Below are positions 55,925 through 64,000 of a DNA stretch of 64,000 bases, piece after piece (the first letter of the stretch is position 1; each line of letters opens with the position of its first letter). The position numbers and the translations under genes are program-made. The stretch is from positions 3,392,001 through 3,456,000 of the forward strand of contig CAWCKH010000004.1 of the NCBI GenBank assembly GCA_963796055.1, given 5' to 3'. Source of the DNA: an uncultured delta proteobacterium. Lineage in GTDB: Bacteria; Myxococcota; Myxococcia; Myxococcales; Myxococcaceae. The notes beneath the pieces were generated by a model that did no database searches, was not told where the DNA came from, and worked only from the letters and a program-made list of their open reading frames with translations.

Positions 55925-56614
55925 ATGAGCCAAGAGAGGTCGCGAGCGCTCGCCGGAACGCTCAGGCTCCCACGGCCTTCGCTCGCCGGCAGCAGGTCTC
56001 TGGGCGGGGCCCTGCGCGCGCGGCGGACGGTCCGGGGGATCTCGGATCGCCCGCTCCCGCTCCCGGTCCTCTCTGGGCTCCTCTGGGCTGCGTGGGGCGT
56101 CAACCGGCGCCGTGGGCCGTTCGGGGCGCTCGGGAGAACGGCGGCCTCGGCGAGCAACTCGCAGGAGATCGACCTGTACGTGCTTCGGCCCGAGGGGGCG
56201 TTCATTTACGATGCCCCACGCCACGAGCTGTTGCCGGTCGTGGCGAGAGACCTGCGCCACCTCTGCCTCAACCCCGGGCACGGCCTGCTGGGGGCCACCG
56301 CGCCGGTGCGCCTGGTCTTCGTGGTCGACCTGGATCGGCTCGAGCACACGCAGGGGTTCGAGGAGCCGGGGCTGCATGATCCCGTCGTCCAGCGCTCGTA
56401 CTACTTCGTGGACACCGGGCTCATCGCCGCCAACGTGTACCTGTTCGCCGCGGCCACCGGGCTCGCGGCGTGGTTTCACAACTGCCAGCGGAACGCGCTC
56501 GCTCGTGCGCTGCGGCTGGGGAAGAACCAGCGCGTGCTCTTTGCCCAGACGGTTGGTTATCCAGGCCGCTCCGTCGCCGTCCGTCCAGGTCGCGCCAGCG
56601 GCCGCCGACGGTGA
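55925..56614 (+). CDS. nitroreductase / SagB-like FMN-binding protein
   Basis: RRTVR, LLWAAWG, RTAASASNSQE, DTG.IA.NVYL, AQTVGYP. Confidence 0.88.
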   Translation: MSQERSRALAGTLRLPRPSLAGSRSLGGALRARRTVRGISDRPLPLPVLSGLLWAAWGVNRRRGPFGALGRTAASASNSQEIDLYVLRPEGAFIYDAPRHELLPVVARDLRHLCLNPGHGLLGATAPVRLVFVVDLDRLEHTQGFEEPGLHDPVVQRSYYFVDTGLIAANVYLFAAATGLAAWFHNCQRNALARALRLGKNQRVLFAQTVGYPGRSVAVRPGRASGRRR

Positions 56615-56746
56615 ACGTCGCGGGGCAGTGAGTCTCGTAGCTCCTCCACGCGCGATGGCAATCCGTCGGGCGGGCGCCGCGCTCGCCTGCGCAACACCCG
56701 TTCGAACGGCGGAGCGGCTTGTCTGCGAGTGACCCCGACAGGGACG

Positions 56747-56793
56747 GGGCTCGAACAAAGCCCGGATCCGTTCGAGTCGCCGCACGCCCTCGG
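56747..56793. repeat. 47-bp direct repeat, copy A (44/47 identical to 61319-61365)
   Basis: GGGCTCGAACAaaGCCCGGATCCGTTCGAGtCGCCGCACGCCCTCGG; non-coding copy of the DUF3141 3' region. Confidence 0.9.
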
Positions 56794-56842
56794 AAGTTCG
56801 GCGCCTTCGTCTAAGCGGCTTTGCCGATCTCCGTCGTGCTTC

Positions 56843-58234
56843 CTAATAGATCCCGGTCACGTAGAACACGCTGATGGCCACTGCCACGGCGGCGGTCTTG
56901 AGCAGCGTGATCGCGAAGATGTCGCGGTAGGCGACCTTGTGCGTCAGGCCGGTCACGGCCAGCAGCGTGATCACCGCGCCATTGTGCGGCAGCGTGTCCA
57001 TGCCACCGCTCGCCATCGCCGCGATCCGGTGCAGGACTTCGAGCGGGATGCCGGTCGAGTGCGCGGCGGCGACGAACCTGTCGGCCATCGTGGCGAGGGC
57101 GATGCTCATCCCGCCGGAAGCCGATCCGGTGATGCCGGCGAGCGCGGTCACGGTGACCGCCTCGTTGAACAGCACCCCCGGGATCGCCTTCAGCCCGTTG
57201 GAAAGCACGAGGAAGCCCGGCAGCGCAGCGATCACGGCGCCGAAGCCGTACTCCGACGCGGTATTGATGGCCGCGAGCAGCGCCCCGGCGACCGCCGCCT
57301 TGCTCCCTTCGGCGAACCGTTCCTTGAGCGTTTCGAAGGCGAACACGACGACCGTCAGGATGCCGAGGAGCAGCGCGCCTTCCACCGCCCAGATCGCGGC
57401 CACCGAGGAAACCTGCGTGACCACCGGCTTGGCCAGCCCGGGCAGCGATGTGGAAACGCTCGCGCCGTAGACGCGCGGGATGAGCAGGGTGAACACCTTG
57501 TTCATCACGCCGACGACGACGAGCGGCGCGATGGCGAGCCAGGGGTTCAGGAGCTTCTCCGCGGGGAAGGCCTCGGGCTCGTTGACGAGCTTCGTACCGT
57601 AGCCTTCGCCGGCTGCGGCGGCCTGCCGGCGGCGCCACTCGAGGTACGCGAGGCCACTCATCAGGATGAAGAGTGCGCTGATGACGCCCAGCCACGGCGC
57701 CGCCCAGGTGTTGGTCTTGAAGAAGGTGGTGGGGATGATGTTCTGGATCTGCGGCGTGCCGGGCACCGCGTCCATGGTGAAGCTGAACGCGCCAAGGGCG
57801 ATGGTCGCGGGGATGAGCCGCTTCGGGATGCCCCCCTGCCGGAACATCTCGGCGGCGAACGGATAGACCGCGAACACCACGACGAAGAGCGACACCCCGC
57901 CATAGGTGAGGAGCGCGCACACCAGCACGATCGACAGACTCGCGCGGGTGCGCCCCACCAGGCCGATCACCGCCGTGACGATCGAGCGCGCGAAACCCGA
58001 CAGCTCGATCACCTTGCCGAACACCGCGCCGAGCAGGAACACCGGCAGGTAGGACTTGATGAAGACCACCATCTTGTCCATGAACACGCCGCTGAAGACC
58101 GGTGCCACGTGCGTCGGGTCCGTGAGCAGCACGGCGAGCAGTGCGCAGATCGGTGCGAACAGGATGACGCTGAAGCCCCGGTACGCGACGAACATCAGGA
58201 GCACCAGCGCAAGCAAGACGATGACGAGGCTCAT
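56843..58234 (-). CDS. GntP-family permease (putative 3-hydroxybutyrate transporter)
   Basis: LLTYGGVSLFVVVF, PGTPQIQN, GITGSASGG, DTLPHNGA. Confidence 0.9.
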   Translation of the reverse strand: MSLVIVLLALVLLMFVAYRGFSVILFAPICALLAVLLTDPTHVAPVFSGVFMDKMVVFIKSYLPVFLLGAVFGKVIELSGFARSIVTAVIGLVGRTRASLSIVLVCALLTYGGVSLFVVVFAVYPFAAEMFRQGGIPKRLIPATIALGAFSFTMDAVPGTPQIQNIIPTTFFKTNTWAAPWLGVISALFILMSGLAYLEWRRRQAAAAGEGYGTKLVNEPEAFPAEKLLNPWLAIAPLVVVGVMNKVFTLLIPRVYGASVSTSLPGLAKPVVTQVSSVAAIWAVEGALLLGILTVVVFAFETLKERFAEGSKAAVAGALLAAINTASEYGFGAVIAALPGFLVLSNGLKAIPGVLFNEAVTVTALAGITGSASGGMSIALATMADRFVAAAHSTGIPLEVLHRIAAMASGGMDTLPHNGAVITLLAVTGLTHKVAYRDIFAITLLKTAAVAVAISVFYVTGIY

Positions 58235-58244
58235 GCGCGCATCC

Positions 58245-58718
58245 TCAATAGCTGCTCGGGTAGGGAAAGAGCAGCGTCACGCGCTCGTCGTGCATCCTGC
58301 GCAGCAGCCGCTCGTGCCGCTCGATGAGCGAGCCCGTCAGGTCGCGAACCGAGAGCACGCCAAGCACGGCTCCGCAGCTCACCACCGGAAGATGGCCGAT
58401 GCGCTCGCGGTGCATGAGCGCCACGCACTCGGGCACCTTGGTTTCCGGCGCCACGGTGTGCACACGCGTGGTCATGAGCTCGCGCACCAGCATGCGGCGG
58501 TGCAGGATCACGCCGCGGGCGATGTCGCGTTCCGACACCACGCCCACCAGCGTCTTGCCTTCCAGAACCAGCAGGAACCCGATGTCCTTTCCCTCCATTT
58601 CGCTCAGCGCGGCGCGCGCGGTGGCGCTCGGCGCGGTCGTGACGAGCCGCCGGCGCTTGTGCGCGATCAGCTCGCCCGCCGTGCCGAACGGCTCGAGCGT
58701 GCGTCGCCGGGTTCGCAC
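58245..58718 (-). CDS. CBS domain pair protein
   Basis: LVGVVSERDI, VRELMT, IGHLPVV, GVLSVRDL. Confidence 0.85.
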   Translation of the reverse strand: MRTRRRTLEPFGTAGELIAHKRRRLVTTAPSATARAALSEMEGKDIGFLLVLEGKTLVGVVSERDIARGVILHRRMLVRELMTTRVHTVAPETKVPECVALMHRERIGHLPVVSCGAVLGVLSVRDLTGSLIERHERLLRRMHDERVTLLFPYPSSY

Positions 58719-59369
58719 TCAGACCGCCATCGCGGAAACGTGCTCGGAAACCGCGAGCTCGGCTTCGGTGGCTTCACTCACCTGTCCCACGGTCACTCCG
58801 GGCGCGATCTCGAGCAGCGTCGCTCGCCCGCCCGGAAAGCCGATCACCGCGAGCTCGGTGACCACCAGATCCACCACCCGCGCCGAAGTGAGCGGCAGCG
58901 AGCATTGCTTGACGATCTTCGGCTGGCCCTTCGCCGTGTGCTGCATGGCGACGATGACCCGCTTGGCGCCGGTCACGAGGTCCATGGCGCCGCCCATGCC
59001 CGGCACCATCTTGCCCGGGATCATCCAGTTGGCGAGATGGCCCGAGGCATCGACCTGGAGTGCGCCGAGCACCGTCATGTCGAGATGCCCGCCGCGGATC
59101 AGTCCAAACGACATCGCGCTGTCGAAGGTGCACGCGCCGGGCAGCGCGCTCACCGGCTTTCCGCCGGCGTCGGTGAGCAGGGGATGGTTCATGCCTTCCG
59201 CGGGCGGGGCGCCGGTGCCGATCAGGCCGTTTTCCGACTGGAAGTACACGTTCATGCCGGTCGGCACGAACTTCGAGACCAGGGTGGGAATGCCGATGCC
59301 GAGGTTGACGAGCATGCCGTTCCTCAGCTCCTGCGCGATTCGCTTGGCAATGATTGTCTGGGCGTCCAT
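58719..59369 (-). CDS. 3-oxoacid CoA-transferase subunit B (ScoB/AtoA-like)
   Basis: VNLGIGIP, QSENG catalytic Glu, GMGGAMDL. Confidence 0.95.
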   Translation of the reverse strand: MDAQTIIAKRIAQELRNGMLVNLGIGIPTLVSKFVPTGMNVYFQSENGLIGTGAPPAEGMNHPLLTDAGGKPVSALPGACTFDSAMSFGLIRGGHLDMTVLGALQVDASGHLANWMIPGKMVPGMGGAMDLVTGAKRVIVAMQHTAKGQPKIVKQCSLPLTSARVVDLVVTELAVIGFPGGRATLLEIAPGVTVGQVSEATEAELAVSEHVSAMAV

Positions 59370-59374
59370 GGGTC

Positions 59375-60022
59375 TCAGGCGTGCGAGATGATGTAGTCGA
59401 CGACCGGCGCGGGCGTGATCACCTGGTCGGGGGCGATCACGCCGACAGGCACGATGTTGTCGGCTTCGACGATCACCGTGTCGGCCGCCATGGCCATCAC
59501 GGGGTTGAAGTTGCGCGCGGTCAGTGCGTAGTAGAGGTTGCCGATGTAGTCCGCGAGGAACGCCTCCACGAGCGCGAAATCTGCACGCAGCGCGGTCTCG
59601 AGCAGGTAGGGCTTGCCCGCGAGATCGATGCGTTGCTTCCCTTTCTCCACGACGGTGCCGACGCCGGTGGGGGTGAGCACGCCGCCGAGGCCGAAGCCGC
59701 CGGCGCGGATGCGCTCGATCAGCGTGCCCTGGGGCACGAGGTCCACCTCGAGCTCTCCGGCGAGCATCTTCTTCTGCGTCTCGGGGTTGAGACCGATGTG
59801 GCTGGCGATCGTCTTTCTCACCGCGCCGGCGCTGATGAGCTTGCCGATGCCGACGCCGGGAAGCGCGTTGTCGTTCGCGATCACCGTCAGGTTGCGCCTG
59901 CCCTGGCGCACCAGCTCATCCACCAGACGCTCGGGCGTCCCCACGCCCATGAACCCGCCGATCATCACGGTCGCGCCGTCGGGGATCATCGCCACGGCGT
60001 CCGCCAGGAGAATTGTCTTCAT
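59375..60022 (-). CDS. 3-oxoacid CoA-transferase subunit A (ScoA/AtoD-like)
   Basis: DGATVMIGGF..VGTP, PQGTLIERIRAGG, ARNFNPVMA; ATG 60022. Confidence 0.95.
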   Translation of the reverse strand: MKTILLADAVAMIPDGATVMIGGFMGVGTPERLVDELVRQGRRNLTVIANDNALPGVGIGKLISAGAVRKTIASHIGLNPETQKKMLAGELEVDLVPQGTLIERIRAGGFGLGGVLTPTGVGTVVEKGKQRIDLAGKPYLLETALRADFALVEAFLADYIGNLYYALTARNFNPVMAMAADTVIVEADNIVPVGVIAPDQVITPAPVVDYIISHA

Positions 60023-60804
60023 TGGGCGGTCCAGCCTCCGTCGACCGGCAGCGCAATGCCGCGGATCTGCGCCGCTGCGGGTGAGCAGAGGAAGAGCGCC
60101 GTGGCGCCGATCTCGTCCGGCGTTGCGAACTCGAGCGAGGGCTGCTTCTCGCCGAGCAGCTTCATCTTCGCCGCGACGGGAGAGAGATCTTCTCGCGCCG
60201 CGCGATCGTCGATCTGCTTCTGCACCAGCGGGGTCAGCACCCAGCCCGGGCAGATCGCGTTGCAGGTGATACCAGTGGTGGCGGTCTCGAGCGCGACGAC
60301 CTTCGTGAGTCCAACGATGCCGTGCTTCGCCGCGACATAAGCCGCCTTCTGCGCCGACGCCACGAGGCCGTGGGTCGACGCGATGTTGATGATCCGGCCC
60401 CAGTTGCGCGCCTTCATCTGCGGCAGGGCGGCGCGGATGGCGTGGAACGCGGCCGACAGGTTGATCGCGATCACGGCGTCCCACTTCTCGAGCGGAAACT
60501 CGTCGACCGGCGCGACGTGCTGGATGCCCGCGTTGTTCACCAGGATGTCCACGCCGCCCAGCTCGCGCGCCGCCTGCGCGACCATCGCCGCGATCTCGGC
60601 GGGCTTCGACATGTCGGCGGCGCTGTAGGACGCTTTGACCTTGTTTTTCGAGCCGAGCTCGGCGACGAGCTTCTCGATCAGCCCCTTGTCGCCGAAGCCG
60701 TTCAGCACGACGTTCGCGCCCGCCCCCGCGAGTGAGCGCGCAATGCCGAGCCCGATGCCGCTCGTGGAGCCGGTTACCAGCGCGACCTTGCCGGACAGGC
60801 TCAT
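60019..60804 (-). CDS. bdhA: D-3-hydroxybutyrate dehydrogenase
   Basis: TGSTSGIG, NNAGIQH, STHGLVAS..KAAYVAAKHG, CPGWVLTPLVQKQI. Confidence 0.93.
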   Translation of the reverse strand: MSLSGKVALVTGSTSGIGLGIARSLAGAGANVVLNGFGDKGLIEKLVAELGSKNKVKASYSAADMSKPAEIAAMVAQAARELGGVDILVNNAGIQHVAPVDEFPLEKWDAVIAINLSAAFHAIRAALPQMKARNWGRIINIASTHGLVASAQKAAYVAAKHGIVGLTKVVALETATTGITCNAICPGWVLTPLVQKQIDDRAAREDLSPVAAKMKLLGEKQPSLEFATPDEIGATALFLCSPAAAQIRGIALPVDGGWTAQ

Positions 60805-61253
60805 GCGAGTTCCAATGCGTCGATGATTTGCTTGGCGTTCATACAACCTCCGACTTGCTTGAAATGGGTCGCCGAAGCGCTCTTCAGTGTTTCAGTGGGG
60901 AGAAGGTGGATCCCGTGGAGCGCACCCAACGTCACGACGCCCCTCTCGAAACGTGAATCGTTCGGAAGCGCAGGCACTCCAGGCGGGTCCTCGACAGTAA
61001 CGTCGGCGATGATGGTGTTGCTGGGCCTCAGCGATGGCGGTGACCTAAGAGGCGGGTGGCGCGTCAGGGAAAGGTCAAACTCTGCTCGGGCGTGATCCGG
61101 AACTCGACCGGGATGTAGATGCCTTGTGCCCCGCCGAAGGTGACCCGCGTGATTCGAGAGAAGCTGGCGGCATGGTGCACCAGGGTCCCCGGCTCCAGAA
61201 GGATCTCGTCGTGGTACTCGAGCTCGGCGTCGAGCACCTCTGCCTTGGGTCAT
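60801..61253 (-). pseudogene. degraded ORF between DUF3141 and bdhA
   Basis: ATGA overlaps at both ends, but protein-like text (KAEVLDAELEYHDEILLEPG...; ...NAKQIIDALELA*) is split across frames. Confidence 0.35.
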
Positions 61254-63445
61254 CCCACGGCTCGCCCGCCGCCGCCTCGCTCCGGCCCGGTCCCGCTGGA
61301 GGCCGCCAGGAGTAGCCTGGGCTCGAACAGGGCCCGGATCCGTTCGAGCCGCCGCACGCCCTCGGGGGAGAGCGCGTCCTCCGCGCCCAGCATGCGCTGC
61401 ACGATGTCCAGCCCATGGCGCCGCTCTTCGGGGTCGGCAGGCAGCAGCGTAGGGAGGCTCTCCAGCGCGCGCTCCTCGTCGAGCCGGACCAGGAAGAACT
61501 GCTCCTTCAGGAGCTGCTTCAGCTCGGTCAGCGACCGGCGTTCCTCCGCCGGGGCCTCGGCCCGGAGCGAGGTCAACATCGCGAAGCCGCGCTCGTCGAT
61601 CCTTCCCTCGGGGAGGCGGATGTACACCATGGCCCTCGCCAGCGCCTCGAGGAAGCCGCCGCTCTCGTAGCGCGTCCGGAGCTCCGATCGGCTCCGCTCC
61701 TGGGCAATCTCGCGGGAAAGATCGCGCTCCGCGTGCCGGCGCTCGCTCGCTCCGGGGCTGAAACCGGCCAGGGCCTGGACGGCGGGGAGCCCGTAGACAG
61801 TGAGGAAGGTCGCCTCCTGAAGCCTGCCCCGCATGGCGCCCCAGCCATCGAGCGCCGAGGCGATCCACGAGGACGCGGCCCGTTCCACCGAGAGCAGGGG
61901 ATTGTCCGCCGAGACCTTCTGCCGGCGGGTGCGCACCGAATCCGCCAGCATCTTCACCGGCCGGAGGAGAGGGTTCCGGTCGGAGAGGAGCGAGAACCGC
62001 AGCCGGTTGGGGTGGAGCTGCTGGACGGCCTTGGCCACCGGTTCCGGAAAGAGGCTGCGCACCACGGGCGCGGCGAAGGTGCGGTAGAGGCTCTTGTTGA
62101 CCTCGGAGACCCTGGCCACCGTCGCGAAGCGGCGCTCATCCTCCGGAGGGTTCACTCCCAGCTTGCGGATGTCCTCGAGCGTGCGGACCTCCAGCCGGAG
62201 GAGGTACTTGTCGTTCTTGACACCCGCGTCGCTTCCGGACGCTTCCTCGGTGATCACCGCCTCGTAGAGCCCCGGCGGCATGAGGTCGATCATCTCCATG
62301 CACTGGGCGAACTCGGTGTGCTCCTTGTTGGCAACCTTCCCGGAGACGAAGATGCCGAGGTGTCCGATCGAGTCGTGCATCGTGTAGACGATGGTTTGAC
62401 CGGCGGCGACGATCTCGCTCTCGTGATCGTAGAGGTCGGTGATCCAGCCGAGCGCCTGCTGGGGCGGAGTGATGTCGTCGCCCCACGAGCAGAAGACGAT
62501 GATCGGTGAGGTGACGTTCCGCAGGTCGATCCTCGTCCCATCCGACGCCCGGAGCTGGCCGGTCGACAGCTTGTTGCCGATGAAGAGCTCGTCGGCGATC
62601 CACTGCATCTCCTCGGCGTTCATCAGGACCGGGGTGCCCCACCAGGTCTCGAACTCGAGGTACCGCTGCGCCTCCTCGTCGATCTTCGAATAGAGGTTGT
62701 AGAGCTTCTTCCAGTAGGTGTTCCCCGGGTTCATCGATTCGAAGTTGGCGATCAGGTTCGCGCCGTCGAAGCGGCCCGCTCCCATGTCGCCCGCCAGCGC
62801 GGTGAGCCACGTGCCACCGAGCAGGCCCCCGAGGTAGCGCAGCGGATTCGTGCCGCGCACCCCCCCCCAGTACGACAGCGGCGAGCCGACGAGCAGGATG
62901 GGCCCGGTGAGCTCGGGTCGGAGCGCGGCCGTCATCATCATCTGCCAGCCGGCCTGGCAGTTGGCGATCACCACCGGCTTGCCGTCCGCCTCGGGGTGAC
63001 GGGCGATGACCTCCTCCAGAAAGCGCGCCTCCGTCCGGCAGACGTCCTCCACCGTCTGACCGGGCACGGGCTCGCGGAGGAACCCGATGAAGTAGCAGGC
63101 GTGACCGGCGGCGAACGCCGCGCCGATCTCGCTGTCGTGCTTCATCCCTCCGATGCCCGGGCCATGGCCGGCCCGCGGGTCCACCACGATGAAGGGCGGC
63201 CGGGTGGGATCAATCCGCGTTCCGGGCGGCGGGATGATCCGGACGAGCTGGTAGTTGGTCGGCCGGGGAAGGGTTTTGCCGTCGAGAAGGTGCTCGAACT
63301 CGAATTCGAGCACATGCGGGGCAACCTTGGTGCTCTCCTCGAGCGAGCGGTTACCGCGCTGGCGGAGGGTGTCGAGCAGCAGCACCCAGCGCTGGGCGGC
63401 ATCCACCAGGTACTCCTGAACGGGATTTCGGATGGCATTGATCAT
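61250..63445 (-). CDS. DUF3141 alpha/beta-hydrolase-like protein (PHA-metabolism associated)
   Basis: DPRAGHGPGIGG.K.DSEIG, NCQAGW Cys elbow, GDDITPPQQAL.WI, GHLGIFVS. Confidence 0.92.
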   Translation of the reverse strand: MINAIRNPVQEYLVDAAQRWVLLLDTLRQRGNRSLEESTKVAPHVLEFEFEHLLDGKTLPRPTNYQLVRIIPPPGTRIDPTRPPFIVVDPRAGHGPGIGGMKHDSEIGAAFAAGHACYFIGFLREPVPGQTVEDVCRTEARFLEEVIARHPEADGKPVVIANCQAGWQMMMTAALRPELTGPILLVGSPLSYWGGVRGTNPLRYLGGLLGGTWLTALAGDMGAGRFDGANLIANFESMNPGNTYWKKLYNLYSKIDEEAQRYLEFETWWGTPVLMNAEEMQWIADELFIGNKLSTGQLRASDGTRIDLRNVTSPIIVFCSWGDDITPPQQALGWITDLYDHESEIVAAGQTIVYTMHDSIGHLGIFVSGKVANKEHTEFAQCMEMIDLMPPGLYEAVITEEASGSDAGVKNDKYLLRLEVRTLEDIRKLGVNPPEDERRFATVARVSEVNKSLYRTFAAPVVRSLFPEPVAKAVQQLHPNRLRFSLLSDRNPLLRPVKMLADSVRTRRQKVSADNPLLSVERAASSWIASALDGWGAMRGRLQEATFLTVYGLPAVQALAGFSPGASERRHAERDLSREIAQERSRSELRTRYESGGFLEALARAMVYIRLPEGRIDERGFAMLTSLRAEAPAEERRSLTELKQLLKEQFFLVRLDEERALESLPTLLPADPEERRHGLDIVQRMLGAEDALSPEGVRRLERIRALFEPRLLLAASSGTGPERGGGGRAVG
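61319..61365. repeat. 47-bp direct repeat, copy B, inside the DUF3141 3' end
   Basis: GGGCTCGAACAggGCCCGGATCCGTTCGAGcCGCCGCACGCCCTCGG; contains dyad GCTCGAAC-N13-GTTCGAGC. Confidence 0.9.
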
Positions 63446-63557
63446 GGTTCTACGGTTCGTCGCACCAGACCCGCCATCCGTTGCACGCGGACGCTCCCGC
63501 GCTCGGCGGGAAACGGATCTGCCGTGGCGAGCGACTCACCTTGCGGAACCCTCGCCG

Positions 63558-64000
63558 ATGGCCCGAAACCAACCACTCCCTTCCTCCGAGTCCTGGGTGA
63601 AGCAGGCGGAGCTGCTCCTCGAGCTCCTTCCCCTCGACACCGCCTACGCCGATCTCTATCTCGAGCGGGCGCGCCAGCTCGCCGCAGCCGTGCTCTCCCC
63701 GGTGGACTACCGGGCCTTGAAGCTGGCGGACGAGGCCGCTCACTCCTTACCCGGGCAAATCCAGCAGGCCATCGACGACCGGAAGTGGAGCGAGGTTCGC
63801 GCGCTCGCCGAGGAGCTGGAGGCGAAGAAGCGGCTGCTGGACGACCGCGGCTTCTTGAGGAGCCTCGGCGAGAAGCTACACGAGACGGATGAGATCCACG
63901 TCGACCCGTTCTCGCCGGGGTTCCACTGGTTCCAGCGGCGGGAGCAGCGGGAGCTCGGACCACTGCGGGACGCCACCGCCGCCAAGTTCGGCCAGGCGGC
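63558..64000 (+). CDS. hypothetical protein, runs off the window
   Basis: Open frame from ATG 63558: MARNQPLPSSESWVKQAELLLELLPLDTAYADLYLERAR... Confidence 0.75.
   Translation, partial: MARNQPLPSSESWVKQAELLLELLPLDTAYADLYLERARQLAAAVLSPVDYRALKLADEAAHSLPGQIQQAIDDRKWSEVRALAEELEAKKRLLDDRGFLRSLGEKLHETDEIHVDPFSPGFHWFQRREQRELGPLRDATAAKFGQA

Noticed and set aside
55889..56785. N-terminal extension of the metallophosphoesterase
   Set aside because: Antisense to the nitroreductase; it opens only because of the duplicated DUF3141 fragment.

Overview
High-GC DNA whose gene content (FHA-PAS histidine kinase, MJ0042 zinc-ribbon/TPR proteins, giant TPR protein, divergent Hsp70, MYXO-CTERM protein) points to a myxobacterium (Myxococcota; inference). 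1-31.5 kb is mostly core genome: rsmD, coaD, aminotransferase, carB, greA, recG, pcm, tmk, hutH, lysC, GT2, NlpC/P60, Hsp70 and tRNA-Val(CAC). An accessory region with atypical codon usage starts directly after the tRNA. It opens with integrase arm-type-like repeats, but no integrase is visible. It carries (i) a translationally coupled three-gene operon (DUF3467-like protein, 33-aa-repeat antitoxin-like protein, ADP-ribosyltransferase-like protein), the best candidate here for an undescribed toxin-antitoxin/defence system; (ii) a frameshifted secreted group XII-like phospholipase A2 followed by a coupled lipoprotein (candidate toxin-immunity pair); and (iii) a tRNA-mimic with a broken acceptor stem inside a structured leader upstream of a slipin/Band-7 gene, with no RtcB in the window. 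Further right are a cysteine synthase-rhodanese pair, a multi-PAS kinase, an MFS transporter, an internally deleted GH44, DUF3300/DUF2950 and a 3-hydroxybutyrate utilisation cassette bracketed by 47-bp direct repeats that copy the 3' end of a DUF3141 gene. All family calls come from motif recognition by eye; no searches were run.
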